From Malacoraja senta (lineage: Eukaryota), in contig CM075997.1 in NCBI GenBank assembly GCA_038087875.1, positions 4,404,001 through 4,468,000 on the forward strand: a DNA stretch of 64,000 bases, given 5' to 3'. Below the pieces are notes generated by a model that was not told the origin of the DNA, did no database searches, and saw only the letters and a program-made list of their open reading frames with translations. The translations under genes and the position numbers were made by a program. This document shows positions 26,516 to 38,875 of this stretch, in pieces; position 1 is the first letter of the stretch; every line of letters begins with the position of its first letter.

Positions 26516-27755
26516 CAAGGATATTTCATGGGGGCCAATTTTCCCCTCCTGATTCCTTTCATATCTTCTCTCCTGCTCCCTTCATATGCCTTTCATATCT
26601 TCCTTTCATATCTTCTCTCCTGCTCCCTTCAATGGACTCACTCAAATGCAGTTGCCTATGCCTGTCATATGCTTCGTTTTCTCTCCTGATCAAATTTCTA
26701 ATAGCCTTTAAAACATTTAATTACAGCACCTGGAACATGCTGCCAGGTGTGGTGATGGAGGCAGATATGAGAGTGGCATTTAAAATGGTTTTAAATAGGT
26801 ACATAGATATATGCAGGTAGATTAAATTGTGTGTGGGAAGGAACTGCAGATGCTGCTTTAAACCGAAGATAGATCCACTTCCCATTCCCACACTGACCTT
26901 TCAGTCCTGGGCCTCCTCCATTGTCAGAGTGAGGCCAAACGCAAATTGGAGGAACAGCATCTCAAATTTCGCTTGGGCAGCTTACAGCCCAGCGGTGTGA
27001 ATATTAATTTATTTAACTTCAAGTAAACCTTACATCCCTTCTCTCTCCATCCCTCCCTCACCCAAGTCGTACTAGCTTCAAAGTTGTCTTGTTGAGTCTC
27101 ATTGTCTGTTTTTACCTAGTCCACAGCAAACAATGGATCTCAATCTGAAGAAGGTTCTCGACCCAAAACGGAACCTCCTCCTTTTCTCCAGAGGAACTGT
27201 TTTACCCGCTGAGTTACTCCAGCTTTCTGTGTCCATCTTTGATAGATGAAATTAGTTTAGCTTGGCATCATGTTCAGTGCAGGCATTGTGGGCCGAAGGG
27301 CCTGTTCCTATCTTGAACTTTTCTATGTTCTTTGTTGTATGTTCTATATCCTTTTCCAAGTTTCCCTGATCTTTACCTTTACCTTTCACCGTATTGGGAA
27401 CCTGCTGGCCCTGAACTCACTTTTAAAGGACTACCACATATCAGGTATTATTTACTATCACCAGGTCCTGACTTCGCTCTTGAAATCAGCATTCCCCCAA
27501 TTTAGGCCCTTAACTTCATTATCCCTTTCCATAACTACCTTGAGATTAATAGAATCGTGGTTCTACTGTTCCTAAAGTATTTCCCCACCGATATTTTCAC
27601 TGCCTGCCTTAGTTTCATTTCCAAGCTAACTATGAGTACAATCAAAGTACAATCGCTTTCCTAATAGAACTCTCTACATAGAGACTTAGAGCCTTTAGAG
27701 TCATGTAGATAGTGCCACCAGGGAGAGAGCTGTATTCAACCCTATCTGAAGAAAT

Positions 27756-27897
27756 CTTCTTCATCTTCGTGCGTATGGCGTGCACAGCCTAAAGTTGTAC
27801 GACAACTTGTTCTGTTTGATCTTCTGTTTGTGCACGCCAGGTTGATTGCGTTCGTCGAAACAGGGTGGACCACGTGAAGGTTGCAATCTCCCACCCC
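27756..27897 (-). mobile_element. 142-bp non-autonomous retroelement with an HDV-like ribozyme head and a (GAA)n-type tail
   Basis: Flanked by a 12-bp TSD with one mismatch (atctgaagaaat 27744-27755; atcttaagaaat 27898-27909). 3' tail gaagatgaagaag. Internal stems ggcgtgcaca/tgtgcacgcc and aagttgt/acaactt. No tRNA A/B boxes seen. Confidence 0.8.
27844..27897 (-). ncRNA. Minimal CPEB3-like HDV self-cleaving ribozyme fold
   Basis: RNA: GGGGUGG GA GAUUGCA ACC UUCACGU GGU CCACCCU GU UUCGA CGAA CGCAAUC. P1 is 7 bp with G1-U wobble; P2 GAUUGC/GCAAUC; P3 ACC/GGU; L3 UUCACGU; J1/4 GU; J4/2 CGAA; P4 nearly absent. Confidence 0.8.
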
Positions 27898-28109
27898 ATC
27901 TTAAGAAATAAAACTGCGCAAAGTGAGAAAGTATCAGTGGGGGAATAGGACATGGAAACATGGAACAGTATAGCATAAGAACAGGCACTTCGGCCCACAG
28001 TCTCGGTGCCGAACATAATGCCAAGACCGAAGATAGACACAAAATGTGGGATTAACTCAGCGGGACAGGCAACATGTTGTTTAAGATGGAACTGCAGATG
28101 CTGGAAAAT

Positions 28110-28303
28110 CCCAGGTACACAAAAATGCTGGAGAAACTCAGCGGGTGCAGCAGCATCTATGGAGCGAACGAAATAGGCAACGTTTCGGGCCGAAACCCTT
28201 CTTCAGTCTGAAGAAGGGTTATGGCCTGAAACGTTGCCTATTTCCTTCACTCCATAGATGCTGCTGCACCCGCTGAGTTTCTCCAGCATTTTTGTGTACC
28301 TGG
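28110..28303. repeat. Head-to-head inverted pair of Penelope terminal repeats (long foldback)
   Basis: cccaggtacacaaaaatgctgg...cccttcttcag|tctgaagaaggg...ccagcatttttgtgtacctggg. Similar foldbacks at 19715-19880, 32942-33170 and 36128-36325. Confidence 0.85.
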
Positions 28304-29788
28304 GACAGGCAACGTCTCTGGAGAGAAGGAATGAGTGACGTTTTGGGTCAAGACTCTTCTTCCTACACATGATGCCAAGCAAGACCAACTCTTATCTTTG
28401 AATACTTTGGGAATGGTGCAGTCACTGACTAGTCCTTTCAGTATTCCCCTCGGGCTCCTCCTCTTCCTTTCTCATTTCTTCTCCCCGCCCCCCCCCCCCA
28501 CCCTACATCAGTCTGAAGAAGCGTTTCGGCCCGAAACGTTGCCTATTTCCTTCGCTCCATAGATGCTGCTGCAGCCGCTGAGTTTCTCCAGCACTTTTGT
28601 TTACCTTCCCCTACTGATACTACATTTTGCCATTAAAAATAAATGCTACCCTACATAAGCCTCCTGCACTAAGGTAATTCTAGTAAATAGTAGCAAAGTT
28701 AAAATTCCCCACGATATTGCACATATGCCTTTCTGTGATTTGCTTACATATCTGTTCCTTCAATTCCTGCTGACTATTGTGAGACTTATGCAGCAACCCT
28801 CCTACGTTGCATGATAGGACAACATACAAATGTTGTATATTGCCCTATCTTCTATCCATGTTCTATGTTCTATCCATAGATGATCCCTTCAGAATATCCT
28901 GTCTATGTATTAACATCATGTTTTTACCTTATCAGTGCAACTCTGCCAACCTCTTTATAATCCTGTCTGTCACGTCTGAAACTCTTATGCGACAATAAGC
29001 TGCTGGACCATCTCTTGCAATAAAATCATAATTCTCTTTGCTGATTCATGTTCTAAGCTCGTCTGAGTTACCTCTGAGGCTCCTTCAATTAACGCAAATT
29101 CAATTATGTCTACCAGTCCTTCCATACTCCTGAATCTGCCTCTGTCTCTTCCTCTCACTGGAATTTAGTTTAGCTGTTTAGTTTAGAGATACAACCCGAA
29201 ACAGGCCCACCGAGCCTGCGCCCACCAGCGATCCCCGCTCACTGACACTATCCTACACACTAGGGACAATGTACAATGTTACCGCGCCAATTAGCCTACA
29301 AACCTGTACGTCTTTGTAGTGTGGGAGGAAACCGGAGCATCTGGGGAAACCCTACGCAGGTCACGGGGAGAACGTAGAAACTCCGTACAGACAGCACCCG
29401 TAGTCAGGATCGAACCCGGGTCTCTGGCGTTGTAAGGCAGCAACTCTACCGTTGGGACACTGTGGCACCAGAAATTGTTTGATGTATGCTTGACATTTGA
29501 GTCAATCTCCCCACCTGCTACACCACTACTGTGCCCTCTCTCTCCTCGTCAAATTGGTTTAACTCCTCCATAGTGGCTCGAACAACCCCCCCCCCCCCTC
29601 TGTGGATACTGGGACCAGTTTAGGTGCAACTGGTCCAAATGAGCTCAGCATCTCTCCAGTGACGTGGAAGTCAGATACATACTGACTTCCCACTCCGCCA
29701 CTAGATGAGGGGACCGATCAGTTGCGCTGGATTGGACTGCTTTCATGGGTGAAGTGCACATTGGCCCAGCCACTTGAGTTTACATCAG

Positions 29789-29853
29789 GCATGGTTGGCA
29801 AAGAAGTGGCAACATATCTATTTGAAGAAAGTCATCACCAATTCCTTTAAAAG
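29789..29853 (+). CDS. Candidate downstream catsperg exon (unverified)
   Basis: tacatcag| ... aag|gtaagt, with a second gtaagt donor 10 nt later. In phase 1 from 24368 it reads CMVGKEVATYLFEESHHQFL*. No recognisable homology. Confidence 0.3.
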
Positions 29854-31107
29854 GTAAGTTCAGGTAAGTTTCTTGATTATTTGGCATGTTTTCTCTTTAT
29901 ATTTATTGCTAAAACCATATTTCAATTGTTCAATGCATTTCAATTAAGATGTTTTTGTAATTATTATTTTTAATTTTCTTAAATTATGTAAATTCATTTA
30001 ATCTGTTTGAAGTATCTCTGGATCTGGGTAGGCTGATGGTGACCTTGGCTCTGCCACCTGACAACAGGTTAGGACACAAAGTGCTGGAGTTACTCAGCGG
30101 GTCAGACAGTATCCATGGAGAATGTGGTTAGATGACATTTCAGGTCAGGACCCTCCAAAGAAAGGCCCCAACTCCATTAGTTTAGAGATACAGCGCAGAA
30201 ACAGGCCTTCTGCCCAATGAGTCCATGCCGACCAGCGACCCACCCCCATACACTAGCCCTATCTTACACACTAGGGACAATTTACAATTTTCTTTCATCC
30301 AAAGCCAATTAACCTACAAACCTGTAGGTCTTTGGAGTGTGGGAGGAAACCGGAGAACTTGGACAAAACCCACGTGGTCACGGGGAGAACGTACAAACTC
30401 TGTACAGCCAGCACCCGTAGTCAGGCTCGAACCCGCGTCTCTGTCGCTGTGAGGCAGCGACTCTACCGTTGCGCCACCATGCCGTCCATGTTCTCCAGGG
30501 ATGCTGTCTGACCCGCTAAGTTACTCCAACACTTTGTGTCCTTCTTTGTAAACCAGTGTCCTTGTTTTTACCGAAGGACAGATTGGCCCACTCTGCCTCA
30601 TGGAGAGGTCATGGGGAGATCATGGAGTGAGTTGCCCAATGCAATCGACCGCACAGGGGTATGGGGATAAGGCAGGAGAATGGGGTAGAGAAGGATAGAT
30701 TGAATGGCGGAGTAGACTTGATGGGCCGAATGGCCTAATTCTGCTCTTATAACTTATGAACAATGAACCTATGAAGGGCTGTGTAAGCACAGCACAGCAG
30801 TGGAGAATGTGCAGGAATGAAGGGAAGCTATGGGCTTGATCAACACAAATGCACATGGTGGCTAATAAACCCAAGCCTTATAGAAGGTGAAAAATATGTT
30901 CCATCATCAATTGGCGGATCTGTGTTTCAACACTGATATGATTAACATGACAATTTCAAAGTATTGACTTTGAGCCCATCCTGCAATTTCTCTTTAACGC
31001 TGTCAAGTAGCCAGCCAGCGAGAACTCGCCACCTCAAGTTAAGATAGGGAGTTCTTATTTCATTTGAGCATGGAGCTGAATCTACTTTGTTTTTATCTGA
31101 CCCTCAG

Positions 31108-31171
31108 ATGCAAAATTGCCAAATATCTACCATAGGGGAGTAAACGCGACCACCGACCTTCCGGTGCGTAG
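31108..31171 (+). CDS. Candidate downstream catsperg exon (unverified)
   Basis: tttttatctgaccctcag| ... tag|gtgagc. Open only in the phase-1 entry frame, which is compatible with 24368: (Y)AKLPNIYHRGVNATTDLPVR. No recognisable homology. Confidence 0.3.
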
Positions 31172-32404
31172 GTGAGCAGAGTTGGTCTCCACAGTTTGAT
31201 TCAAGCAGCAATCTGTCAACAAAAGCCAATAGTGAGCAAAACAGGAATCTTATTGGCATTCAGGAACGCCCATGCAAGCAAGTTGTTCCTTTGTACTTTG
31301 TGAGCATTCCTTCTTGCAGCGAATGTTCATATGATTGTTTTTGTGCAGTTTAATTATAATTCTGTCTTAACGATTTTGTTTTGCTCAACCCTTTATATCT
31401 AAAACTTCTCCCATAATGCTTTTCCCCAAATAGTCATCCTTTGTGATTTCTGTATTCCATCAATCCAAACGTTCCTTTTCTTCATTAAAGTTGCTTGTGT
31501 GAATATAACTCATATATTTTCCCTGCATTTGAAACATTTGTTTCTCTCTCTTGATGAACTGTGTCACACTGGGATGCACACAGCTTTTCTTGCTCCATCC
31601 ATGTTATTGTCTGGCATTGAAACTATTTCTAATGTGAGGTTGGGCACTGAATGCCAGTGATAATCTCAAGAGCCAAGACTGTTTTATTGTCATATGTCCC
31701 AAAACAGAACAATGAAATTCTTACTTGCAGTTGCCCCCAGGTTGATATAGTTCGGAGCCAATTTGGATCGGAATGTAAAGGTCTTAGAGCTAATGGAAAT
31801 ATATTGGATTCATGTGTATGCTTTTTACCTGGAATCATTAAAAGATCACCTGTACACACCCAAAAAGATAGACACAAAACGCTGGAGTAACAGGCAGTGT
31901 CTCTGGAGAGAAGGGATGGGTGACGTTTCGGTCCGAGATCCTTCTTCAGGCTGAGAGTCGGGGGAGAGGGGAACAAGAGATATGAAAGGGTACAAAAACA
32001 AATGAACGAATGTTATTCAAAGAACAAATCAAAACCAGCCAGTCAAGCAAAGGTGGAGCCCACAATGGTCCATTGTTGGCTGTGGAGAAGATGATAATGA
32101 GCGGATACAAACAGTGAAACTCAGCAGGATGACGTACCCTATACCCCCAGACCCCTTCTCCAGACATTATAGCAGCAATCCCAGTGTCGGGACTTTGCCT
32201 ATCTCGACTCCTACCCACCAGAAAAGAAGCAACAAATCTACTGAGAATTAACTTGCACACACCGAGCAATTCTCTAGTTACAGAAGCAGAAAATGTAAAG
32301 CAAATTTAAATTTAAATGAAAATGGCAATCTTAATTCTGGATTCTGTGGAAATAAAAAATTGGGAACATCGATTGTTGTTTTGCTATCTGCCGTTTGGCT
32401 TTAA

Positions 32405-32633
32405 AGGGCCTGTCCCACTTTCACAACCTAAGTCACGACCTTTTTTTACTCGTGGACATTTTTCATCAGGCTAGAAAAAACGCTCCGACCTACTTGATGC
32501 ATCACAGCCTGCTACGACGTACCTACGACCTCCTACAATCTTCTACGACCTCGTGACGACCATGCTGCGAGTATGAGTCAAGGGCAAACTCGGCAGAGGT
32601 CGTGAATTAGGTTGTGAAAGTGGGACAGGCCCT
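32405..32633. mobile_element. PIF/Harbinger-type MITE
   Basis: AGGGCCTGTCCCACTTTCACAACCTAA...TTAGGTTGTGAAAGTGGGACAGGCCCT, flanked by TAA and TTA. Confidence 0.8.
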
Positions 32634-33648
32634 TTAGGTTGCATCTGAAGAAGGATCCCGACCTGAAATATTGCCTGTCCATTTCCACCACAGATGCTAC
32701 AATACCTGACCCCCTGTGTTCTTCCAGCAGTTTGTTCCAGCAAATCCACCATAGGGCAGCGCATAGCTCAACAGATTGTATTGTTTCATCAGCAGACAGT
32801 TAGAAATGTAACATCAGTTAGCAACTTTCCACAACAGTAGATGAAGAATAGGTTGAGATTCTTTTGAAAAGTTGAATAAAAGCAGACGGATTGTTCACTT
32901 TTAGTTATCCACAAGTAAGTGGTGACTTGCAAAGTTTAGAAAGGAACTGCAGATGCTGGTTTAAACCGAAGATAGACTCAAAAAGCTGGTGTAACTCAGC
33001 GGGACAGGCAGCATCTATGGAGAGAAGGAATGGGTGACGTTTCGGGTCGAGACCCTTCTTCAGACCCGAAACGTCACCCATTCCTTCTCTCCAGAGATGC
33101 TGCCTGACCCGCTGAGTTAGTCCAGCATTTTGTGTCTATCTTCAATTTCAACCAGCATCTGCAGTTCTTTCTTTCAATATACATATATACACATTCTCAA
33201 GTGTTGGTTAGGAAGTATTTTCTGATTCTTGGTTTAAAGGATCTTCCTCAACAGTGCTTTGACAAAAACCTTTTCTTGAGCAAGATTCTCGGCACTGGAG
33301 ATTTGTGGAGAGGCGTAATGTTTATTTAGAAACAATAGATACATTTCCATTCTGTGATAGATAGATAGATAGATAGATAGATAAACATTTATTGTCACAT
33401 ACACCAAGTGGTGCAGTGAAATTTGACTTGCCAATGCAGCACACAAATAAAGATTACATCCAAGAATTTAACAACATAAAAACATCCCCCCACAATGGTT
33501 CCCACTGTGGGGGGAGGCAGCAAAGTCCAGTCGCATCCCCAGTCCCATCCCCAGAATTTATTCAGTTTTCACGCTGAGTTACTCCAGCTTTTTGAGTCTA
33601 TCTTCAGCTACTTGCAAAGTTTTGCTTCAATGCACAAAGGAGATGCAG

Positions 33649-33681
<33 letters not shown>

Positions 33682-34471
33682 TGTATTTATGGGCGCCTTT
33701 CAAAAGTCTCAAGGACACCTTACAAAGTTTAACAAATAGTAGAAACATGTAAGCGGAATGAAATAAATAATAAAGACATCACGAGTACACAAATTAAAGA
33801 GAGAATTCAATCCAAAAACAGAAATCAAAAACACAATATGGAAGAGAGAGCAGCGGCTGCTAAAGCGCGCCGGCGTCCACTCTCCCCTCCGGCAGCCATC
33901 TTGGACATAAAATAAAATATCATTTACACACAAAAATCATCCCCTCACAATGATTACCAATGATGTAGGTTTAAGGGGGGGGGGGGGAAAGATTTAATAG
34001 GAACAGTCATACAGCATGGAAACAGGCCCTTCGGCCCAACTTGCCCACGACCAACATGTCCCATCTTCACTAGTCCCACCTGCCTGCGTTTGCCCCATAT
34101 CCCTCCAAACCCGTCCTATCCATGAACCTGTCTAAATAGTTCTTATATGTTGCGATAGGACTTGCCTCAACTGCCTCCTCTGGCAGTTCATTCCATACAC
34201 CTACCACCCTTTTGTGTGAAAACGTCACCCCTCAGATTCCCATTAAATTTGTCCTTACTCACCTTAAACCTATGTCCTTTGGTTCTCAATTCCCCTACTC
34301 TGAGTGAGATTGTGCGTCTACCCAATCTATTACTCTCAAGATTTTATATACCTCTATAAGATTACCCCTCATCCTCCTGTGCTCCAAGGAAGAGAGTCCC
34401 AGCCTGCTCAACCTTTCCCTATGAGGGGTCATTTGTTGGTGTGTGTGTGATTATATATATATATATATATA

Positions 34472-36085
34472 CAGTGGCTTGCAAAAGTATTCCACAAGTC
34501 TTGAACTTTTCCACATTTTGTCACGTTACAACCACAAACGTAAATGTATTTTATTGGGATTTTATGTGATAGACCAACACAAAGTGGCGCATAATTGTGA
34601 AGTGGAAGGAAAATGATACATGGTTTTCAAATTTTTTTACAAATAAAAAACTGAAAAGTGTTGCGTGCAAAAATATTCAGCCCCCTTTACTCTGATACCC
34701 CTAAATAAAATCCAGTGCAACCAATTGCCTTCAGAAGTCACCTAATTAGTAAATAGAGTCCACTTGTGTGTAATCTAATCTCAGTATAAATACAGCTGTT
34801 CTGTGAAGGCCTCAGAGGTTTGTTAGAGAATATTAGTGAACAAACAGCATCATGAAGCCCAAGGAACACACCAGACAGGTCAGGGATAAAGTTGTGGAGA
34901 AGTTTAAAGCAGGGTTAGGTTATAAACAAATATCCCAAGCTTTGAACATCTCACGGAGCACTGTTCAATCCATCATCCGAAAATGGAAAGAGTATGGCAC
35001 AACTGCAAACCTACCAAGACATGGCCGTCCACCTAAACTGACAGGCCGAGCAAGGAGAGCATTGATCAGAGAAGCAGCCAGAGCATGGTAACTCTGGAGG
35101 AGCTGCAGAGATCCACAGCTCAGGTGGGAGAATCTGTCCACAGGACAACTATTAGTCGTGCACTCCACAAATCGGGCCTTTATGGAAGAGTGGCAAGAAG
35201 AAAGCCATTGTTGAAAAAAAGCCATAAGAAGTCCCGTTTGCAGTTTGCCACAAGCCATGTGGGGGACACAGCAATCATGTGGAGGAAGGTGCTCTGGTCA
35301 GATGAGACCAAAATTGAAGTTTTTGGCCTAAATGCAAAATGCTATGTGTGGCGGAAACCTAACACTGCACATCACCCTGAACATACCATCCCCACTGTGA
35401 AACATGGTGGTGGCAGCATCATGCTGTGGGAATGCTTTTCTTCAGCTGGGACAGGGAAGCTGGTCAGAGTTGATGGGAAGATGGATGGAGCCAAATACAG
35501 GGCAATCTTGGAAGAAAACCTGTTAGAGTCTGCAAAAGACTTGAGACTGGGGCGGAGGTTCACCTTCCAGCAGGACAACGACCCTACACATACAGCCAGA
35601 GCTACAATGGAATGGTTTAGATCAAAGCATATTCATGTGTTAGAATGGCCCAGTCAAAGTCCAGACCTAAATCCAATTGAGAATCTCTGGCAAGACTTGA
35701 AAATTGCTGTTCACAGACGCTCTCCATCCAATCTGACTGAGCTTGAGCTATTTTGCAAAGAAGAATGGGCAAAAATGTCAGTCTCTAGATGTGCAAAGCT
35801 GGTAGAGACATACCCCAAAAGACTTGCAGCTGTAATTGCAGCGTAAGGTGGTTCTACAAAGTATTGACTCAGGGGGGCTGAATACTTTTGCATGCCACAC
35901 TTTTCAGTTTTTTATTTGTAAAAAAATTTGAAAACCATGTATCATTTTCCTTCCACTTCACAATTATGCACCACTTTGTGTTGGTCTATCACATAAAATC
36001 CCAATAAAATACATTTACGTTTGTGGTTGTAACGTGACAAAATGTGGAAAAGTTCAAGGGGTATGAAAACTTTTGCAAGCCACTG
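34472..36085 (+). mobile_element. Tc1-family DNA transposon (IR/DR type), inserted in (TA)n
   Basis: Termini CAGTGGCTTGCAAAAG / CTTTTGCAAGCCACTG with TA on both sides. ~210-bp terminal inverted repeats with inner direct repeats (~34668-34685 and ~35873-35892). Confidence 0.96.
34852..35867 (+). pseudogene. Tc1 DD34E transposase with one frameshift and one late nonsense codon
   Basis: Paired-like HTH with GRPPK (34852-35080). Catalytic motifs WSDETK, QQDNDP and [12 protein letters not shown]. Frameshift at ~35080. TAA at 35844 falls just before GGSTKY*, the expected Tc1 end. Confidence 0.92.
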
Positions 36086-36984
36086 TATATAGTAGATATA
36101 GGTAGATATAATCAACATACATATAAGGTAGACACAAAATGCTGTAGTAACTCAGCGGGACAGGCAGCATCTCTGGAGAGAAGGAATGGGTGACGTTTCG
36201 GGTCGAGACCCTTCTTCAGACCCGAAACGTCACCCATTCCTTCTCTCCAGAGATGCTGCCTGACCCGCTGAGTTAGACCAGCATTTTGTGTCTATCTTCA
36301 ATTTCAACCAGCATCTGCAGTTCTTTCTTTCAATATACATATATACACATTCTCAAGTGTTGGTTATGAAGTATTTTCTGATTCTTGGTTTAAAGGATCT
36401 TCCTCAACAGTGCTTTGACAAAAACCTTTTCTTGAGCAAGATTCTCGGCACTGGAGATTTGTGGAGAGGCGTAATGTTTATTTAGAAACACTAGATACAT
36501 TTCCATTCTGTGAAAGAATTTATTCAGTTTTCACCTGAGGCGGGTGCCAGCAGAAAGGCAATCACCAAAACACACTCAGACACATCAGTAAATATAGAGC
36601 AGCGATTCTGGGCTAAATGTTAACCTGCCATCATGGAGAATCTATCTTTCAACCTGAATTTCTTTGTGATATGTTCTGGAACTGTTGAAATACATCCCCC
36701 ATGTTATCACATTGGATCAGCTTGTACAGTATCGCAGCTTGTGGTGAGATATAGTCATCGAAATACACAGCACAGATATAGGGCCTTTGGTCTAACAAGT
36801 TGTACTGGCCACCAAGCACTAATTTATGTTGATTTTATTGTGATCCCTCACTCCTAAGATTCTACCATTTACCTACACAATATGGGGGATTTATAGCAGC
36901 CAGTTAAACTATCATCCTGCATGTCTTTGGGTTGTGGGTGGGAACTGGAGCACCCAGGAGAAGCCCACATGGAAGATGTGCAAG

Positions 36985-37300
36985 GTTTAGTTTAGTTGGG
37001 TTTAGAGATACAGCGCGGAAACAGGCCCTTCGACCCACCGAGTCCGCACAGACTATCGATCTCCGCACACTAACACTATCCTACACACACTCGGGACAAT
37101 TTACACTTACACCAAGCCAATTAACCTGCAAACCTGCACGTCTTTTGAGTGCGGGAGGAAACCGAAGATCTCGGAGAAACCCCACGCGGGGAGAACGTAC
37201 AAACTCCGTACAGACCAGCACCTGTAGTCGTGGATCACACCCTGGTCTCCGGCGCTGCAAGCGCTGTAAGGCAGCAACTCTACCGCTGCGCCATCGTGGC
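36985..37300 (-). mobile_element. V-SINE/HE1-type SINE, subfamily with an extra agcgcttgcagc segment in the tRNA head
   Basis: The same insertion is present in the copies at 195-485 and 50950-51410. Confidence 0.75.
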
Positions 37301-37519
37301 CTGGTCTGATCCAAGATGGCGTCCAACCCTGTCGACTCTTTGCCCGCGAGTCACAGACGTCGATCTGCGATCACTCTTTTAAATCTCCACTCTTACAGCA
37401 GCAGTTCTTGCTTCAACTATGATCTTCTTAAATTCCCATCGCTTATCTTGCAATGAACGTTATTGACATTATTCCCTTTATCATGTATCTGTACACTGTG
37501 AATGGCTCCGTTGTACTCA

Positions 37520-38308
37520 TAGATACATAGATACATAGAAAATAGGTGCAGGAGTAGGCCATTCGGCCCTTCGGCCATTCAATATGGTCATGGCTGATCA
37601 TCCAACTCAGTATCCCGTACCTGCCTTCTCTCCATACCCCCTGATCCCTTTAGCCACAAGGGCCACATCTAACTCCCTCTTAAATATAGCCAATGAACTG
37701 GCCTCAACTACCCTCTGTGGCAGAGAGTTCCAGAGCTTCACCACTCTCTGTGTGAAAAAGTTTTTCCTCATCTCGGTCTTAAAGGATTTCCCCCTTATCC
37801 TTAAGCTGTGACCCCTTGTCCTGGACTTCCCCAACATCGGGAACAATCTTCCTGCATCTAGCCTGTCCAACCCCATAAGAATTTTGTACGTTTCTATAAG
37901 ATCCCCTCTCAATCTCCTAAATTCTAGCGAGTATAAGCCAAGTCTATCCAGTCTTTCTTCATATGAAAGTCCTGACATCCCAGGAATCAGTCAGGTGAAT
38001 CTTCTCTGCACTCCCTCTATGGCTATAATGTCCTTCCTCAGATTTGGAGACCAAAACTGTACGCAATACTCCAGGTGTGGTCTCACCAAGACCCTGTACA
38101 ACTGCAGTAGAACCTCGCTGTTCCTTTACTCAAATCCTCTTGCTATGAAGGCCAACATACCATTTGCTTTCTTCACTGCCTGCTGCACCTACATGCCTAC
38201 TTTCAATGACTGGTGTACCATGACACCCAGGTCTCGCTGCACCTCCCCATTTCCTAATCGGCCACCATTTAGATAATAGTCTGCCTTCCCGTTTTTGCCA
38301 CCAAAGTG
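37520..38308 (-). mobile_element. CR1-clade LINE 3' fragment
   Basis: GLSYEERLDRLGLYSLEFRRLRGDLIETYKI...TRGHSLRIRG...FFTQRVVKLWNSLP with a (TCTATGTA)n-type tail. Confidence 0.9.
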
Positions 38309-38629
38309 TAATGTAATGTAATGTAATGTAATGTAATGTAATGTAATGCCTTGACTAGTTGGCACGCAACAAGAGCTTTTGACTGCACCTCGGTACACAT
38401 GACAATAAACTAAACTCAAAACTCCACATGGATAGTACCTGTGGTCAAGATTGAAAACTGGGCTGCTGTAAATAAGAAGCAGCAGCTCGAACTAACAGCG
38501 ACAGTCTTTTATACTGAATGGGTGGGCAACTGCAGTACTGAGCTCCTCAGCTCATTCCTAAACTCCGCACATGCAGACTGGAACCTGGAAATCAGGTCAA
38601 ACCTGGAGGTCAGATGCTTGTGCACCTAA

Positions 38630-38875
38630 GGGGCCTGTCCCACTTGGGCGTCATTTGCGCGTCATTTACGCGACATCATTTACGTGTCACGACGCACGAC
38701 GCACACTTCATGACTTGCACGTGATGTGCGCATGGCATGCATTATGCGCGCATGGTGCGTGGTGATGTAGGCAGTGACGCGCAATCGCGCCCGGCGCCCC
38801 AGGATTTTGGGATTCACAAAATATTTGTGCGCCATCTGCGTGATGCGCAAATGACGCACAAGTGGGACAGGCCGT
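38630..38875. mobile_element. PIF/Harbinger-type MITE
   Basis: TAA|GGGGCCTGTCCCACTT...AAGTGGGACAGGCCGT|TAA. Confidence 0.8.
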
